27,225 nucleotides of DNA, taken from Elusimicrobiota bacterium. Lineage in GTDB: Bacteria > Elusimicrobiota > Elusimicrobia > F11. The DNA is taken from NCBI GenBank assembly GCA_046153645.1, contig JBJXGI010000090.1, forward strand, positions 1 to 27,225. The letters are read 5' to 3'. Made by a program: the position numbers and the translations under genes. The notes below the pieces were generated by a model. The model made no database searches. It was not told the origin of the DNA and saw only the letters and a list, made by a program, of their open reading frames with translations. Positions 26,436 to 27,225 of this stretch are shown here, piece by piece. The stretch's first letter is position 1; every line of letters begins with the position of its first letter.

Positions 26436-27029
26436 ATGAAAAGAATAATCCGGAAATTTTTTTATTCTTTTATTAAAAACCTTTCTTGGCTGTTTTTTAA
26501 ATTGGGATGGGGGTTAAAAGTTTTTGGCAAAGAAAACATTCCAGGGCAAGGCGCTTTTATTCTGGCAGCAAATCACAGATCTTATGCCGATCCACCTATT
26601 GTTGGTGCTGCCCTTGATAGAGAAGTCAATTTCTTAGCCAAAGAAGAACTATTTCATTTTAAACCTTTCGGGATAATTATTTCGGCATTAAATGCGCACC
26701 CTTTGAACCGAGGTGGAGATATTGGGGCATTTAAAATTGCAAAAAGAATTTTAGATGAAGGGGGCGTCATTATCATCTTCCCGGAAGGAAGACGAATAAA
26801 AACGGATAACCTGGCCCCGGCCAAAGCAGGAATTGGCCTCTTGGCCACCATGGCCAAAGTGCCTATTTTACCTGTTTATATTCAAAATTCAGGACACATG
26901 AAAAAGTGGAAAAAGCTATCCGTTCATATTGGGCAGTTAATTCAATACGATTCTCACAGAGAAAACCAAGAAACGGCGGATTTAGTTATAGAAAAAATTA
27001 ACCAATTAAAAATGCTTCAAAAGGCATGA
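26436..27029 (+). CDS. plsC: 1-acyl-sn-glycerol-3-phosphate acyltransferase
   Basis: NHRSYAD (HxxxxD), FLAKEELF, FPEGRR. Confidence 0.93.
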   Translation: MKRIIRKFFYSFIKNLSWLFFKLGWGLKVFGKENIPGQGAFILAANHRSYADPPIVGAALDREVNFLAKEELFHFKPFGIIISALNAHPLNRGGDIGAFKIAKRILDEGGVIIIFPEGRRIKTDNLAPAKAGIGLLATMAKVPILPVYIQNSGHMKKWKKLSVHIGQLIQYDSHRENQETADLVIEKINQLKMLQKA

Positions 27030-27038
27030 GGAGATCTG

Positions 27039-27066
27039 TTGCCAACCATCGAAAATATGATAAGCT
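27039..27066 (+). promoter_or_regulatory. Putative promoter for downstream gene
   Basis: TTGCCA-16 nt-TAAGCT with extended TG. Confidence 0.35.
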
Positions 27067-27175
27067 GCAGCTCCCTTTCAGAGGGGAAACCTTTCCACAG
27101 TTCTGATAAAAAAACCCTAACCGTCAGTAGCTTGGAAGTTATTACTATAAGGATAAAACTATGGAGAGCGTTGTT

Positions 27176-27225
27176 ATGACCGAAGAAATGAGCATGGACG
27201 AATTAATGGCTCAAACCCCAGAGAT
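27176..27225 (+). CDS. rpsA: Start of probable 30S ribosomal protein S1 (truncated by window)
   Basis: GGAG SD then MTEEMSMDELMAQTPE, resembling S1 N-termini; aroA-(cmk)-plsC-rpsA synteny. Only 16 codons visible; an in-frame ATG at 27161 is an alternative start. Confidence 0.5.
   Translation, partial: MTEEMSMDELMAQTPE

Noticed and set aside
10744..26857. Short antisense or alternate-frame ORFs within dcw, pilT, the 18346-18588 frame and the aromatic genes
   Set aside because: They overlap confident CDSs entirely or nearly so; no recognisable protein features.

Overview
AT-rich bacterial chromosomal window using the standard code 11 (TGA serves as a stop in ATGA overlaps); an Elusimicrobia-like lineage is my inference only. 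It has four blocks. (1) 1-8952, minus strand: one tightly coupled Fe-S operon, Rrf2/IscR-like regulator-sufC-sufB-sufD-Rieske ferredoxin-sufS-sufU-sufT-iscS-iscU-mnmA (partial), with an IscR type-1-like operator over an apparently leaderless promoter, preceded by an unknown exported protein. (2) 9717-17436, plus strand: distal half of a dcw cluster (murC-murB fused in one ORF, ddl, ftsQ, ftsA, ftsZ) followed by a PilT/PilU ATPase. (3) 17437-21025, accessory insert: a 42-bp near-perfect palindrome, then a ~2.5-kb gene broken by one frameshift and one in-frame TGA, then an orphan TylF-family O-methyltransferase. The reconstructed product of the broken gene has a signal peptide, a TraB/TIKI/ChaN-like motif set, a CPBP-like membrane segment and a C-terminal ILVAA, and it carries three copies of a 33-bp repeat that do not interrupt the frame. 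(4) 21077-27225, plus strand: pheA-hisC-aroF-tyrA-aroA-plsC and the start of probable rpsA, with no cmk. I saw no tRNA, rRNA, CRISPR array or transposase. The most novel signal is in block 3.
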